Below the pieces are notes generated by a model. The model had not been told where the DNA came from and did not search any database. It saw only the letters and a program-made list of their open reading frames with translations. Shown piece after piece: positions 8,760 through 16,526 of a DNA stretch of 64,000 bases; position 1 is the first letter of the stretch; every line of letters begins with the position of its first letter. A program made the position numbers and the translations under genes. Source of the DNA: Patescibacteria group bacterium (GTDB taxonomy: Bacteria > Patescibacteriota > Patescibacteriia > 2-12-FULL-60-25); NCBI GenBank assembly GCA_041752935.1, contig JBGSVN010000024.1, forward strand, positions 32,262 to 96,261, written 5' to 3'.

Positions 8760-8791
8760 CCGCGTACCAAACTGGTACGCGGTGTTTTTTT
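8760..8791 (+). terminator. intrinsic terminator after the pentapeptide gene
   Basis: CCGCGTACCA-AAC-TGGTACGCGG followed by TGTTTTTTT. Confidence 0.8.
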
Positions 8792-8803
8792 ATAGTAAGT
8801 AAT

Positions 8804-8830
8804 GAGATCCTGAAATGAATTCAGGATGAC
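8804..8830. repeat. palindromic repeat family 1, copy 2
   Basis: GAGATCCTGAAATGAATTCAGGATGAC. Confidence 0.85.
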
Positions 8831-8840
8831 AGGGGTGGTT

Positions 8841-8980
8841 ACGCGGGACGTTGGGTTGTTTGTTACATGCTACATGTTTTGTGGATCAGGACGTTATGGA
8901 CGTTAAGTACGTGAGAGGACGCTATGTACGCTAGATATGTGATAAGGGGGTTGACAAAGCATAAAAAGTATGTAAGTCTT
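8841..8980 (+). promoter_or_regulatory. promoter/regulatory module copy B
   Basis: ACGCGGGACGTTGGGTTGT (as in copy A), TTACATGCTACATGT at 8863-8877, ACGTGAGAGGACG at 8909-8921, TTGACA at 8951-8956, and TAAGT about 16 nt downstream. Confidence 0.55.
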
Positions 8981-8984
8981 GGTT

Positions 8985-9607
8985 CACCCCAAGTTGGTTT
9001 TTCACCAGGGCGGTAAGAGCAGTACCACTGCCGCCTCACAAAGATGAAAGGAGGTCGATCAAATGACCAAGTATCTTTCTGGTGAGTGAGGGTATATGGA
9101 CTGAACCCTGAACTGCGAACAAAAAAACAAAAACCATCAAACTCAAAAGAAAGGAAAATGTGAACGGTGTGATGGTTCTGGCGCAGAGGTTTGCCAGGCT
9201 CGGGAGTACGCTTAGGTGTACGTCCCAAGGTCTTCGTCCACCTACGGACGACGGTTATGGCACACGGGTCTGTCAGCCCCCGTGGACCGCACATAAGTAG
9301 CGCGAGGTGCCTCCTCGCGAGCAGCTCATAGGAAGCTGCAACCTGACCGCCTGTCACACGTGGCAGACGGCCCTCGGGCCTAATTCATCCTCCCGATCAA
9401 CCCCGCTCCTTCGTGACAGAACAAAAACGGCATCACGACCGACCCAGCACTCCATTGCGACTGAACGAGTGCCGGCCAGGTCAACGGCCCAGTTTTACAC
9501 TGTCAATGAGGGTATCGCGCAAGCATATACGCAAGCGCGAGGGGTACCGGCGCCAAGCGGGCGCCAGCACAGCTGACACGGACGCGACTCGCGTCCTCTT
9601 TTTTTTG
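8985..9607 (+). ncRNA. candidate large structured non-coding RNA (unclassified)
   Basis: Bounded by the module-B promoter and an intrinsic terminator. It is GC-rich relative to host DNA, carries at least 12 short perfect GC hairpins, and has stops in all + frames. The 5' end is estimated from promoter position only. Confidence 0.45.
9581..9607 (+). terminator. intrinsic terminator of the candidate RNA unit
   Basis: GACGCG-ACT-CGCGTC followed by CTC and T8. Confidence 0.8.
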
Positions 9608-9722
9608 TTATGAATTTTTTTAGTTAAATCTCAACGGCATGTCGTTCGGTCGCCCAAGGCGCACCCCGTGACGCGTACGTCGGACTCGCCCAACATGATT
9701 GTGGTTTTAATGATTTAGTAAC

Positions 9723-9749
9723 GAGATCCTGAACTAAATTCAGGATGAC
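9723..9749. repeat. palindromic repeat family 1, copy 3
   Basis: GAGATCCTGAACTAAATTCAGGATGAC. The flanking GGTTTTAATGATTTAGTAA is also shared (as rc) with the copy at 18216. Confidence 0.85.
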
Positions 9750-9857
9750 GGAGGGGAGGCTGGGATGAAGGGCTGGCCTTGTAATGGTATGGTTTGGCTT
9801 ATATGTTTCAACACCACCCCCTCACCCCTCCTCATCTGAGGAGGGGCATAGATCCCA

Positions 9858-9928
9858 GACGTAGGACGTTAAGAACGTGAGAGGACGTGATGTACGCGAG
9901 GTACGTAAGTCCGTTAATATGTTATAAT
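9858..9928 (+). promoter_or_regulatory. promoter/regulatory module copy C with extended -10 TGTTATAAT
   Basis: GACGTAGGACG at 9858-9868, ACGTGAGAGGACG at 9875-9887, and TGTTATAAT at 9920-9928, only 8 nt (GAGCGCAT) before ATG 9937. Confidence 0.55.
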
Positions 9929-9936
9929 GAGCGCAT

Positions 9937-10332
9937 ATGCTGAAAAGCACGGGGGCGCTTGCGCGATTACTGTTCATTGATTTGTTAGGTAGCTTGGCTT
10001 GGTTTCCTATTTGGTGGTACACCACGGGTCTTAAAAAAATGATCAGCTGGTGTATTGATGGTTTGCATTATCGGATTAAACAATATTCCTTCAAGATTTG
10101 GTTGAAGAATTTTTTCGTGCCCATGTACGGACAATATGACTGGCAGGGGAGGGCTATCAGTGTTTTTATGCGATTGGTGGTTATCATCGGCCGGGGAATC
10201 GCTTTGGCGGTCGAAGGAGTAATTTATTTTGTGCTGATTTTATGTTGGATGATAATTCCGCCCTTGGCTTTCTTTTTAGCTTTGCAAAATATTGTTTCCG
10301 GCATGTTTATGTCGCAAATGCCATCCTTATAA
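9937..10332 (+). CDS. small integral membrane protein, unknown function
   Basis: 131 aa with about 3 hydrophobic helices. Its stop is 3 nt before the Clp-like gene, so the two are probably co-transcribed. Confidence 0.6.
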   Translation: MLKSTGALARLLFIDLLGSLAWFPIWWYTTGLKKMISWCIDGLHYRIKQYSFKIWLKNFFVPMYGQYDWQGRAISVFMRLVVIIGRGIALAVEGVIYFVLILCWMIIPPLAFFLALQNIVSGMFMSQMPSL

Positions 10333-10335
10333 ACT

Positions 10336-13056
10336 ATGTCTGAAGATAACAACCTGCCGGCCGTGCCTCAAGCAATTGTGTGTTCGGAATGTAATGGCGA
10401 CCCAAGAGGCTCTCGCAGCTGTGCTTTGTGCAGAGGAGCCGGAGTGGGCATTCCTTCAGAGCAAGGTTTTTTGGTTTGGGCGACGCCCGTGGATGATTTG
10501 ACCATTGCCGGCCGGAAATTACGTCTGCAAATCAATGCCATCCTGCATCTGGCTCTCATGACGGTGATAGTTTTGTTGACGATTGTCTTCTTTTTTCAAA
10601 CCATACCCAATTTTACGATTGCGGACGTGCAAACTTTGGATTTTTGGACCCGGGGTTATTGGTTTGTGACTTTGTTGTATATTGCTATTGTCTTGGGAGC
10701 TTATTTTGTTTTTAGAATGAGCGAGTTTACGGCGCCGGCCAAGCTTCTGCCTCATTGGATCAATAAGCCGGAACAGACAAAACCCGAGGAAGTTAAGTAT
10801 TCTTTGGAAGTATCGGCTTATTATTCTCCGGCCGCCATGGAAGTGGTGGAAAAAGCTTACAAGCTGGCTAAAGAGTTAGGTTTGATTGAAATTACGCCAG
10901 AAGTATTATTCGCCTCCATTCTAACCAGCTCGGACGGTTCGTTGTTCATGGTGCGTCTGGGCATCTCTTTTGAGAAAATCAAAGAACCTTTGGTCAGATT
11001 GATGCTCCGCGGAGCGCAAGGCAAGCCGCCTATCAGCTTTTCCCGGGAAGCCAAACGCGTGTTGGCTTCAGCTTTTGTTTTAGCCGACCAAACCAATCGC
11101 AAGTATGTCACGCCCATGGAAATATTTTTGCAGGCTTTTAATGAGAGTTTGAAACTGCAAGAATTGTTGGACAGCTTGGGTTTTCCCTTTAATCACGTTG
11201 CTCATGTGGCCGAATGGGTGTTGCTGCATTCCAAACTCAAAGAAGATCAAGATCGTTTTGTGCAATTAGCCAGGCTTAAACCCAAGTCGGTTATGAATCG
11301 GGCTATGACTGCTCGGCAAACTTCTTTGCTCGACCGGTTTAGCGAGGATCTGACCTTGCTGGCCAGGCAGGGCTATTTATCGCCCATGATCGGCAACTCA
11401 AGAGTTATGGACGAGTTGATGAGAGGCTTGGAGAGCGGTCAGCAAGGCGTGGTTTTGGTGGGCGAATCAGGAGCCGGCAAAGCCGCGGTGGTTGAACAAC
11501 TGGCCCGGCAAATGGTGGAAGAGGATGTGCCCGAATTATTGTTTGATAAAAGATTGGTGTCCGTAAATTTGGCGCAAGTGGTGGCGGCCGGAGATCCGGG
11601 TTTAGCAGCTGAAAGATTGTTGGCCATGCTCCACGAAGTGGCTATGTCAGGCAACATTGTTTTGGCTTTGTATGGCATAGAGGCTTTGGTAGGCGCGGGC
11701 AGCGGACCCATGGATCTGGCTGAAACTTTGGCCAGTGAAATGGACAAGGGCTATTGTTTGCTGGTAGCTACCAGTACGCCTCGGGCTTGGACTCAATTCC
11801 TGGAAAACAGATCTTTGGGCAAAAAAATGGTTAAAGTGGCGGTGCCTGCGGCTGATGCCGAACAAACCATTAGAGTATTGATGGCTAAATCCGGGAGCAT
11901 CGAATACAAGAATAATGTCTTTTTTTCGTACGCGGCCTTGGAAAAGGCCACCAGTTTGGCTTTGCGTTATTTGCACGATGTGGCTCCGCCTTTGAATGCT
12001 TTGAATGTGATTCGTGAAGCCGCGGTTTTGGCGCATAAAGAAAGAGGTGACAGGACTTTTGTGACGGCTGAAGATGTATCCAAGATCATTCATGATAAAA
12101 CCAATATTCCGGTGGAAATGGTAACTGAGGCTGAATCCGAAAGATTATTGAATCTGGAAGAAAGAATGCATGGGCGTATCGTGGGGCAGGAAGAAGCCGT
12201 GGTAGGTGTGGCGCGGGCTATCAGGCGGGCGCGAGCCGATTTAAGGGAAGGTAAACGGCCTATCGCTAACTTTTTGTTTCTGGGTCCGACCGGTGTGGGT
12301 AAAACCGAATGTGCTAAAACTTTAGGGCAAGAATATTTTGGCGATGAAAACGCCATGGTGCGTTTGGACATGTCCGAATATCAAGATAAAAACTCGGTGG
12401 CCCGCATGATCGGCATGCCCGGAGATGAACGCGGCGGTTTGTTGACCGAAGCAGTGCGCAAAAAACCTTTTACCATTGTTTTGTTGGATGAAATCGAAAA
12501 AGCCCACCCTGATATTTTAACTTTGTTTTTGCAGGTTATGGATGACGGCCGCTTGACGGACGGCGTAGGCCGAACCGTGGATTTTACCAATACCATAGTT
12601 ATCATGACTTCCAATGCGGGTACGTCATATATACAAAGCGCGGTCAGTGAAGGTGAGCCCATGGAACGCATTAAAACAGCTTTATTGGAAAGAGAATTAA
12701 AAGGCATATTCAGACCCGAATTCTTGAATCGTTTCGATGGCATAATCGTGTTTAAGCCTTTGACACTCGACGAAGTGGTGCAAATCGCTTGGTTGATGTT
12801 AAATCGCGTAGGGCGTAATCTGGAGGCCAAGGGCATTAACTTCAGAGCTGAAGACCGGGCCGTAGAAGATTTGGCTGAAGCAGGTTTTGATCCGGCTTTT
12901 GGAGCGCGTCCTTTAAGGCGTGTTATTCAAGAACGCGTGGAAACGCCTTTGGCTGATTTATTGTTACAAAATCAAGCTGCTAGGCGCGATACCATAGTTT
13001 TGAATGACGATGGTTCGTTTAAGGTGGACAAAGCGCCGGATATTTTTTCCGATTAG
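10336..13056 (+). CDS. membrane-anchored Clp/Hsp100-family AAA+ paralog (Zn-finger - 2 TM - Clp_N - degenerate D1 - D2)
   Basis: Features in order: CSECNGDPRGSRSCALCRGAG; two TM helices; two Clp_N-like repeats; D1 Walker A GESGAGKAAV with the Walker B position reading LALYGIEALVGAG; D2 GPTGVGKTE, VLLDEIEKAHPD, DDGRLTDGVGRTVDFTNTIVIMTSN and RPEFLNRFD. Confidence 0.85.
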   Translation: MSEDNNLPAVPQAIVCSECNGDPRGSRSCALCRGAGVGIPSEQGFLVWATPVDDLTIAGRKLRLQINAILHLALMTVIVLLTIVFFFQTIPNFTIADVQTLDFWTRGYWFVTLLYIAIVLGAYFVFRMSEFTAPAKLLPHWINKPEQTKPEEVKYSLEVSAYYSPAAMEVVEKAYKLAKELGLIEITPEVLFASILTSSDGSLFMVRLGISFEKIKEPLVRLMLRGAQGKPPISFSREAKRVLASAFVLADQTNRKYVTPMEIFLQAFNESLKLQELLDSLGFPFNHVAHVAEWVLLHSKLKEDQDRFVQLARLKPKSVMNRAMTARQTSLLDRFSEDLTLLARQGYLSPMIGNSRVMDELMRGLESGQQGVVLVGESGAGKAAVVEQLARQMVEEDVPELLFDKRLVSVNLAQVVAAGDPGLAAERLLAMLHEVAMSGNIVLALYGIEALVGAGSGPMDLAETLASEMDKGYCLLVATSTPRAWTQFLENRSLGKKMVKVAVPAADAEQTIRVLMAKSGSIEYKNNVFFSYAALEKATSLALRYLHDVAPPLNALNVIREAAVLAHKERGDRTFVTAEDVSKIIHDKTNIPVEMVTEAESERLLNLEERMHGRIVGQEEAVVGVARAIRRARADLREGKRPIANFLFLGPTGVGKTECAKTLGQEYFGDENAMVRLDMSEYQDKNSVARMIGMPGDERGGLLTEAVRKKPFTIVLLDEIEKAHPDILTLFLQVMDDGRLTDGVGRTVDFTNTIVIMTSNAGTSYIQSAVSEGEPMERIKTALLERELKGIFRPEFLNRFDGIIVFKPLTLDEVVQIAWLMLNRVGRNLEAKGINFRAEDRAVEDLAEAGFDPAFGARPLRRVIQERVETPLADLLLQNQAARRDTIVLNDDGSFKVDKAPDIFSD

Positions 13057-13059
13057 CCC

Positions 13060-14166
13060 ATGTCTTATCAGGATTTATGGTTTTACGCGTTGCTGGTAAC
13101 AGTGACGGGTTTTGTTTTGTCGTATATTTTTAGTTTTTTTACTCGTCGTTGGGCGGTTCAATACAGGGCTTTGGATATGCCGCGCGGAGGCAGAAAGATT
13201 CATAAACAACCCACTCCCTTATGGGGAGGTTTGGGCATTCTTTTAGCTTTGATGCTGGTGATTTTATTTTTGTGTTTTGACGGCGCGATTTTTCTAACCA
13301 AGATATCCATTGAGCAGATAGTGGGCTTTTTATTGGGGCTCATTGTTTTGAACGTGGGCGGCATGTTGGATGATAAATATACATTAAAGCCTTGGCAAAG
13401 TATCATCTTTCCGATTTTGGCCAGTCTGCTGGTGATAATTTCCGGAACCACGATTATGCATGTAACCAGCCCGGCCACTTCCGGTGCATGGTACTTGAAT
13501 TGGTGGACGTGGCGCCCTTTGGATGGTTTTTATGTTTTGTCTTTACCTGGAGACGCAATAACCTTCACGTGGCTAATGGTGGCTATTTATGCCACTAAAA
13601 TTACGGACGGCTTGGACGGTCTGGTAACCGGTATTACAGTTATCGGCGCGGCCATGGTCGGTTTATTATCGGCTTTGCCCACTTATTTTCAGCCCGGTTC
13701 CGTGATTTTGGCGGCCGCGGTCGGCGGTTCGTATTTAGGTTTTTTACCGGCCAATAAATATCCGGCCAAGCAATTTTTAGGTGAAGGAGGCAGTACCATG
13801 GCCGGATTTTGTCTGGGTTTTTTAGCTATTGTGTCCAGCGCTAAAATCGCCATTGCCATGGCTGTGCTAGCCATACCCGTGGCCGATATATTTTTCGTGG
13901 TTTTAAGGCGTTGGTGGCGCCATCAAAATCCTTTTAAGGGCGATGATACGCATCTGCATTTTCGTTTAAGAGCCGCGGGTCTGCCTTATAAAACCACGAT
14001 TTGGTTATTGTGGTTGGTTTCCGCGGCCGCCGGCTCTCTGGCGCTGACACTTCAAACCAGGGGTAAAATTTTTTTAGTGGGTATGATGGTCATTTTAACC
14101 GGCTTAATATCTTGGCTGGTGGATAGTTTGATCAAAAGAAAAACCAAGCTTAAACCTACGGAATAA
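13060..14166 (+). CDS. glycosyltransferase family 4 polyprenyl-phosphate sugar-1-phosphate transferase (WecA/TagO/MraY superfamily)
   Basis: RKIHKQPTPLWGGLGI, GMLDDKYTLKP and TDGLDGLVTG motifs with about 10 TM helices. It lacks the MraY-type GTPTMGG motif, so it is WecA-like rather than MraY. Confidence 0.75.
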   Translation: MSYQDLWFYALLVTVTGFVLSYIFSFFTRRWAVQYRALDMPRGGRKIHKQPTPLWGGLGILLALMLVILFLCFDGAIFLTKISIEQIVGFLLGLIVLNVGGMLDDKYTLKPWQSIIFPILASLLVIISGTTIMHVTSPATSGAWYLNWWTWRPLDGFYVLSLPGDAITFTWLMVAIYATKITDGLDGLVTGITVIGAAMVGLLSALPTYFQPGSVILAAAVGGSYLGFLPANKYPAKQFLGEGGSTMAGFCLGFLAIVSSAKIAIAMAVLAIPVADIFFVVLRRWWRHQNPFKGDDTHLHFRLRAAGLPYKTTIWLLWLVSAAAGSLALTLQTRGKIFLVGMMVILTGLISWLVDSLIKRKTKLKPTE

Positions 14167-14171
14167 ACAAA

Positions 14172-14762
14172 ATGGAGTTCAAACAAAGGCAATTGAATCG
14201 CAAAATAATAGCTTGGAGTGTTTTTGCTGTCTTATTGTTGGGCGTCGGTTTATTTTTAGGGTGGCCCAAACCCATGCAAACTTATCTGGAAATTAATGAA
14301 CAAAAAATACGGGTTGAAGTCGTGGACACGGATGAAACCAGGAATAAAGGCTTGGGCGGCCGGAGATCCTTGGCTGATGATGAGGGCATGCTATTTGTTT
14401 TTGACAAGTCTGATCATTATATTTTTTGGATGAAAGATATGTTGATTCCGATTGATATCATTTATATTGAAAACAATAAAATTGTTGAGTTGGTCAAAAA
14501 CATGCTTCCTCCGCCAGCCGGAGTGAGTCCGGCTGTTTACCAGCCGTTTAATAAGGCGGATATGGTTTTGGAAGTCAATGCCGGATTAGCTGAAAAATAT
14601 GGCTGGGAGATTGGAAGCAGTGTAGAAATTACGAATTACGAATTAAAAATTAAGGATTATGCCGAGATGACGATAGAGAGTGGGTTGATCGGGATTATGA
14701 CTGTATGTGCTGGAAGAATTAACTGGCTGCACTCTAAGGGTTGCCGGGGTTTGGCGGATTAA
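14172..14762 (+). CDS. DUF192-family protein with a repeat-derived C-terminal extension
   Basis: An N-terminal TM is followed by GLGGRRSLADDEGMLFVFDK...FWMKDMLIPIDIIYI, typical of DUF192. The last ~45 codons are read out of dispersed repeat family 3 (ITNYELKIKDY...). Confidence 0.65.
   Translation: MEFKQRQLNRKIIAWSVFAVLLLGVGLFLGWPKPMQTYLEINEQKIRVEVVDTDETRNKGLGGRRSLADDEGMLFVFDKSDHYIFWMKDMLIPIDIIYIENNKIVELVKNMLPPPAGVSPAVYQPFNKADMVLEVNAGLAEKYGWEIGSSVEITNYELKIKDYAEMTIESGLIGIMTVCAGRINWLHSKGCRGLAD
14628..14705 (+). repeat. dispersed repeat family 3 (ATTACGAATTACGAATTAAAAATTA...TTGATCGGGAT), copy 1, inside the 3' end of a CDS
   Basis: About 75 bp aligns with 16235-16295. The head of the repeat also occurs at 26110-26140. 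Confidence 0.8.
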
Positions 14763-14830
14763 TAATATTTTGGCTTAAATTGGCTCTTCTTGGTCTTTCT
14801 TTTCTTGTCTCTCGTCTTTTTGTGTGAGGT

Positions 14831-14859
14831 TTGACAAATTTGGCTTATTACAGTACTAT
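14831..14859 (+). promoter_or_regulatory. sigma70-type promoter TTGACA-17-TACTAT, 9 nt (GGGCGCACT) upstream of the rplU ATG
   Basis: Consensus -35 box, 17-nt spacer, good -10 box. No SD lies before ATG 14869. Confidence 0.6.
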
Positions 14860-14868
14860 GGGCGCACT

Positions 14869-15180
14869 ATGTTTGCAGTCATTGCGACCGGAGGTAAACA
14901 ATACCTGGTCAAAGAAGGTGAAGAACTTAAGATCGAAAAGATCGAAGGCGAAAAAGGGGACGCCGTGTCTTTTGATAAAGTCCTATTGATAGCCGAAGAG
15001 GATGGTTCCAAAGTGGAAGTTGGTACTCCGGATTTATCCGCTAAAGTGCAAGCTCAAATTTTAGAACACTCTAGGGCTGATAAGATTTCAGTGGTTAAAT
15101 ATAAGGCTAAGATTCGTTATCGCAAGAGAGTAGGCCACAGACAGGCTTATACCAAAGTTAAAATAACAAAAATCGGGTAA
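14869..15180 (+). CDS. rplU: 50S ribosomal protein L21
   Basis: MFAVIATGGKQYLVKEGEELKIEK... is the canonical L21 N-terminus. The ORF-track start at 14824 is upstream of the conserved N-terminus. Confidence 0.93.
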   Translation: MFAVIATGGKQYLVKEGEELKIEKIEGEKGDAVSFDKVLLIAEEDGSKVEVGTPDLSAKVQAQILEHSRADKISVVKYKAKIRYRKRVGHRQAYTKVKITKIG

Positions 15181-15212
15181 TCCCCGGTTTTTTGTTTGCA
15201 AGCAGTTTGTTG

Positions 15213-15815
15213 TTAGTTTTTTTTCCTATTCAGATAAGCATCGGTAATGGTGGCTTCGTCCGTGTATTCGATTTGCGCTCCGGTGGGAATGCCTCTGGCC
15301 AGCCTGGAGATGGTAATCGGAGAGGCGGATAATTGCCGGCTGATATACAAGGCCGTGGTATCTCCCATTACATCCGGATCCAGAGCCAGGATAACTTCTT
15401 GGATAGGCTGGGTAGGATTTTTTATTTTTTGGATTAGTTTTTGGATCTGTATATTGTCGGGTGTGCGCCCTTCGATGGGGTCCAGCAGACCGCCCAAGAC
15501 AAAATATTTGCCTTGATACACACCCGCGTCTTCCATGACCCGGATGTCTTGGCTGGCCGCTACCACACATAACAAATTAGGGTCGCGTCTTGGGTCAGAG
15601 CAGATGTTGCATGGGGAGGCGTCGGTCCACATACCACAGTCCGAACAGGGAACAATGTCTTTGTAGACGGCTTCTATGGATTCTGAAAATTGCTTGGCTA
15701 TGGTTTTGTTCTGTCCGGCCAGCCAATAAGCGTACCTTAAAGCCGCCCTGGGCCCTACCCCGGGCAGTTTGTCGAACATGTCAGCCAAATCACGAATAGC
15801 CTTGGGAACACTCAT
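15213..15815 (-). CDS. recR: recombination protein RecR
   Basis: LPGVGPRAALRYAYWL (HhH), a C4 zinc finger (CSDCGMWTDASPCNIC) and a Toprim region. Confidence 0.93.
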   Translation of the reverse strand: MSVPKAIRDLADMFDKLPGVGPRAALRYAYWLAGQNKTIAKQFSESIEAVYKDIVPCSDCGMWTDASPCNICSDPRRDPNLLCVVAASQDIRVMEDAGVYQGKYFVLGGLLDPIEGRTPDNIQIQKLIQKIKNPTQPIQEVILALDPDVMGDTTALYISRQLSASPITISRLARGIPTGAQIEYTDEATITDAYLNRKKN

Positions 15816-15904
15816 AACTGAATAAATATCAAATATTCAAATATAAAATATAAAATACGTTAACGATACCTAATTTTATATTTGTAAATTTTATATTTTA
15901 AAAT

Positions 15905-16216
15905 TTATTTCTGTACCATGTCTTGCAAATCTTTGGCCAAGTCCAACCCGCCGATATCTTTCATTTTGGAGGCCAGCAGTTTTTGTAGTTTTTCGGCTGC
16001 GTCGTTTACGCCTTCTTTAATCAAATCTTGCAACTTGGCTTTATCGGTCATGACTTCGTCGGCAATGTTAACCGAGGTGACTCTTTGGTTACCGTTCATG
16101 ACAATTTTAATCTTGCCCCAGCCGGCGGTGCCTTCTACGGTTTCTTTTTCCAGGGTTGATTGGATTTGTTTGGCTCGGCTGCGTAAATCTTGAAATTGTT
16201 TGAGTTTGTTAAACAT
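15905..16216 (-). CDS. ybaB: YbaB/EbfC-family nucleoid-associated protein
   Basis: MFNKLKQFQDLRSRAKQIQ...GWGKIKIVMNGNQRVTSVNIADEV... It sits upstream of recR, the conserved ybaB-recR pair. ATG 16216 is preferred over TTG 16228. Confidence 0.85.
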   Translation of the reverse strand: MFNKLKQFQDLRSRAKQIQSTLEKETVEGTAGWGKIKIVMNGNQRVTSVNIADEVMTDKAKLQDLIKEGVNDAAEKLQKLLASKMKDIGGLDLAKDLQDMVQK

Positions 16217-16234
16217 AGCTATTATCAATTAAAA

Positions 16235-16316
16235 ATTACGAATTACGAATTAAGAATTATCCCGACACAACGATAAAGAATATATTGATCGGGATCCCGA
16301 CCGAAGCGTCGGGACG
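16235..16316 (+). repeat. dispersed repeat family 3, copy 2
   Basis: ATTACGAATTACGAATTAAGAATTATCCCGACACAACGATAAAGAATATATTGATCGGGAT plus the TCCCGAC-CGAAGC-GTCGGGA hairpin. Confidence 0.8.
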
Positions 16317-16526
16317 AATTAATGACCAATAAACAAATTACAATCACCAACTAAGAAATTTATAAACCCATACTTTTTTAGCTCTGTCATTCCTGTGACT
16401 TGTCCCGAGGAGCTTCAGCGAAGTGGGAAGACAGGAATCCAGTATGGATAATGGGTGATTGATCCTTTGGTTATTGATAGATTGATGGTTACAAGTTACA
16501 GGTTGCATTAATTGTCGTCAAAGAGT

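Noticed and set aside
9105-9215. CxxCxGxG-like peptide (CERCDGSGAEVCQAREYA) readable in one frame of the candidate RNA, reminiscent of the Clp paralog zinc finger
   Set aside because: The frame has no ATG/GTG/TTG start after the preceding stop (9102-9104) and ends after ~36 codons. It is most likely coincidental, though it is one reason to run a frameshift-tolerant protein search.
8863-9357. 164-aa minus-strand ORF, plus 89-aa and 66-aa plus-strand ORFs, covering the GC-rich 8.95-9.6 kb unit
   Set aside because: The minus ORF reads straight through the reused promoter repeat: its C-terminus ...SSHVLNVHNVLIHKTCSM is repeat-encoded and also appears in the 7974..8453 shadow ORF. The sequences are low-complexity and Arg/Pro/Cys-rich, with no SD or start context. 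Long shadow ORFs are expected in GC-rich DNA. A decayed pseudogene still needs exclusion by blastx.
8985-9607. Possible identity of the candidate RNA as RNase P RNA or tmRNA
   Set aside because: GGCGGUAAGAGC (9010-9021) and ACAGAAC (9415-9421) superficially resemble RNase P CR-III and CR-IV. However, no GAGGAAAGUCC (CR-I) lies upstream of them, the element order is wrong, and no P4 complement exists. There is no GGGG..5' end / ..CCACCA 3' end and no Ala-rich tag ORF for tmRNA.
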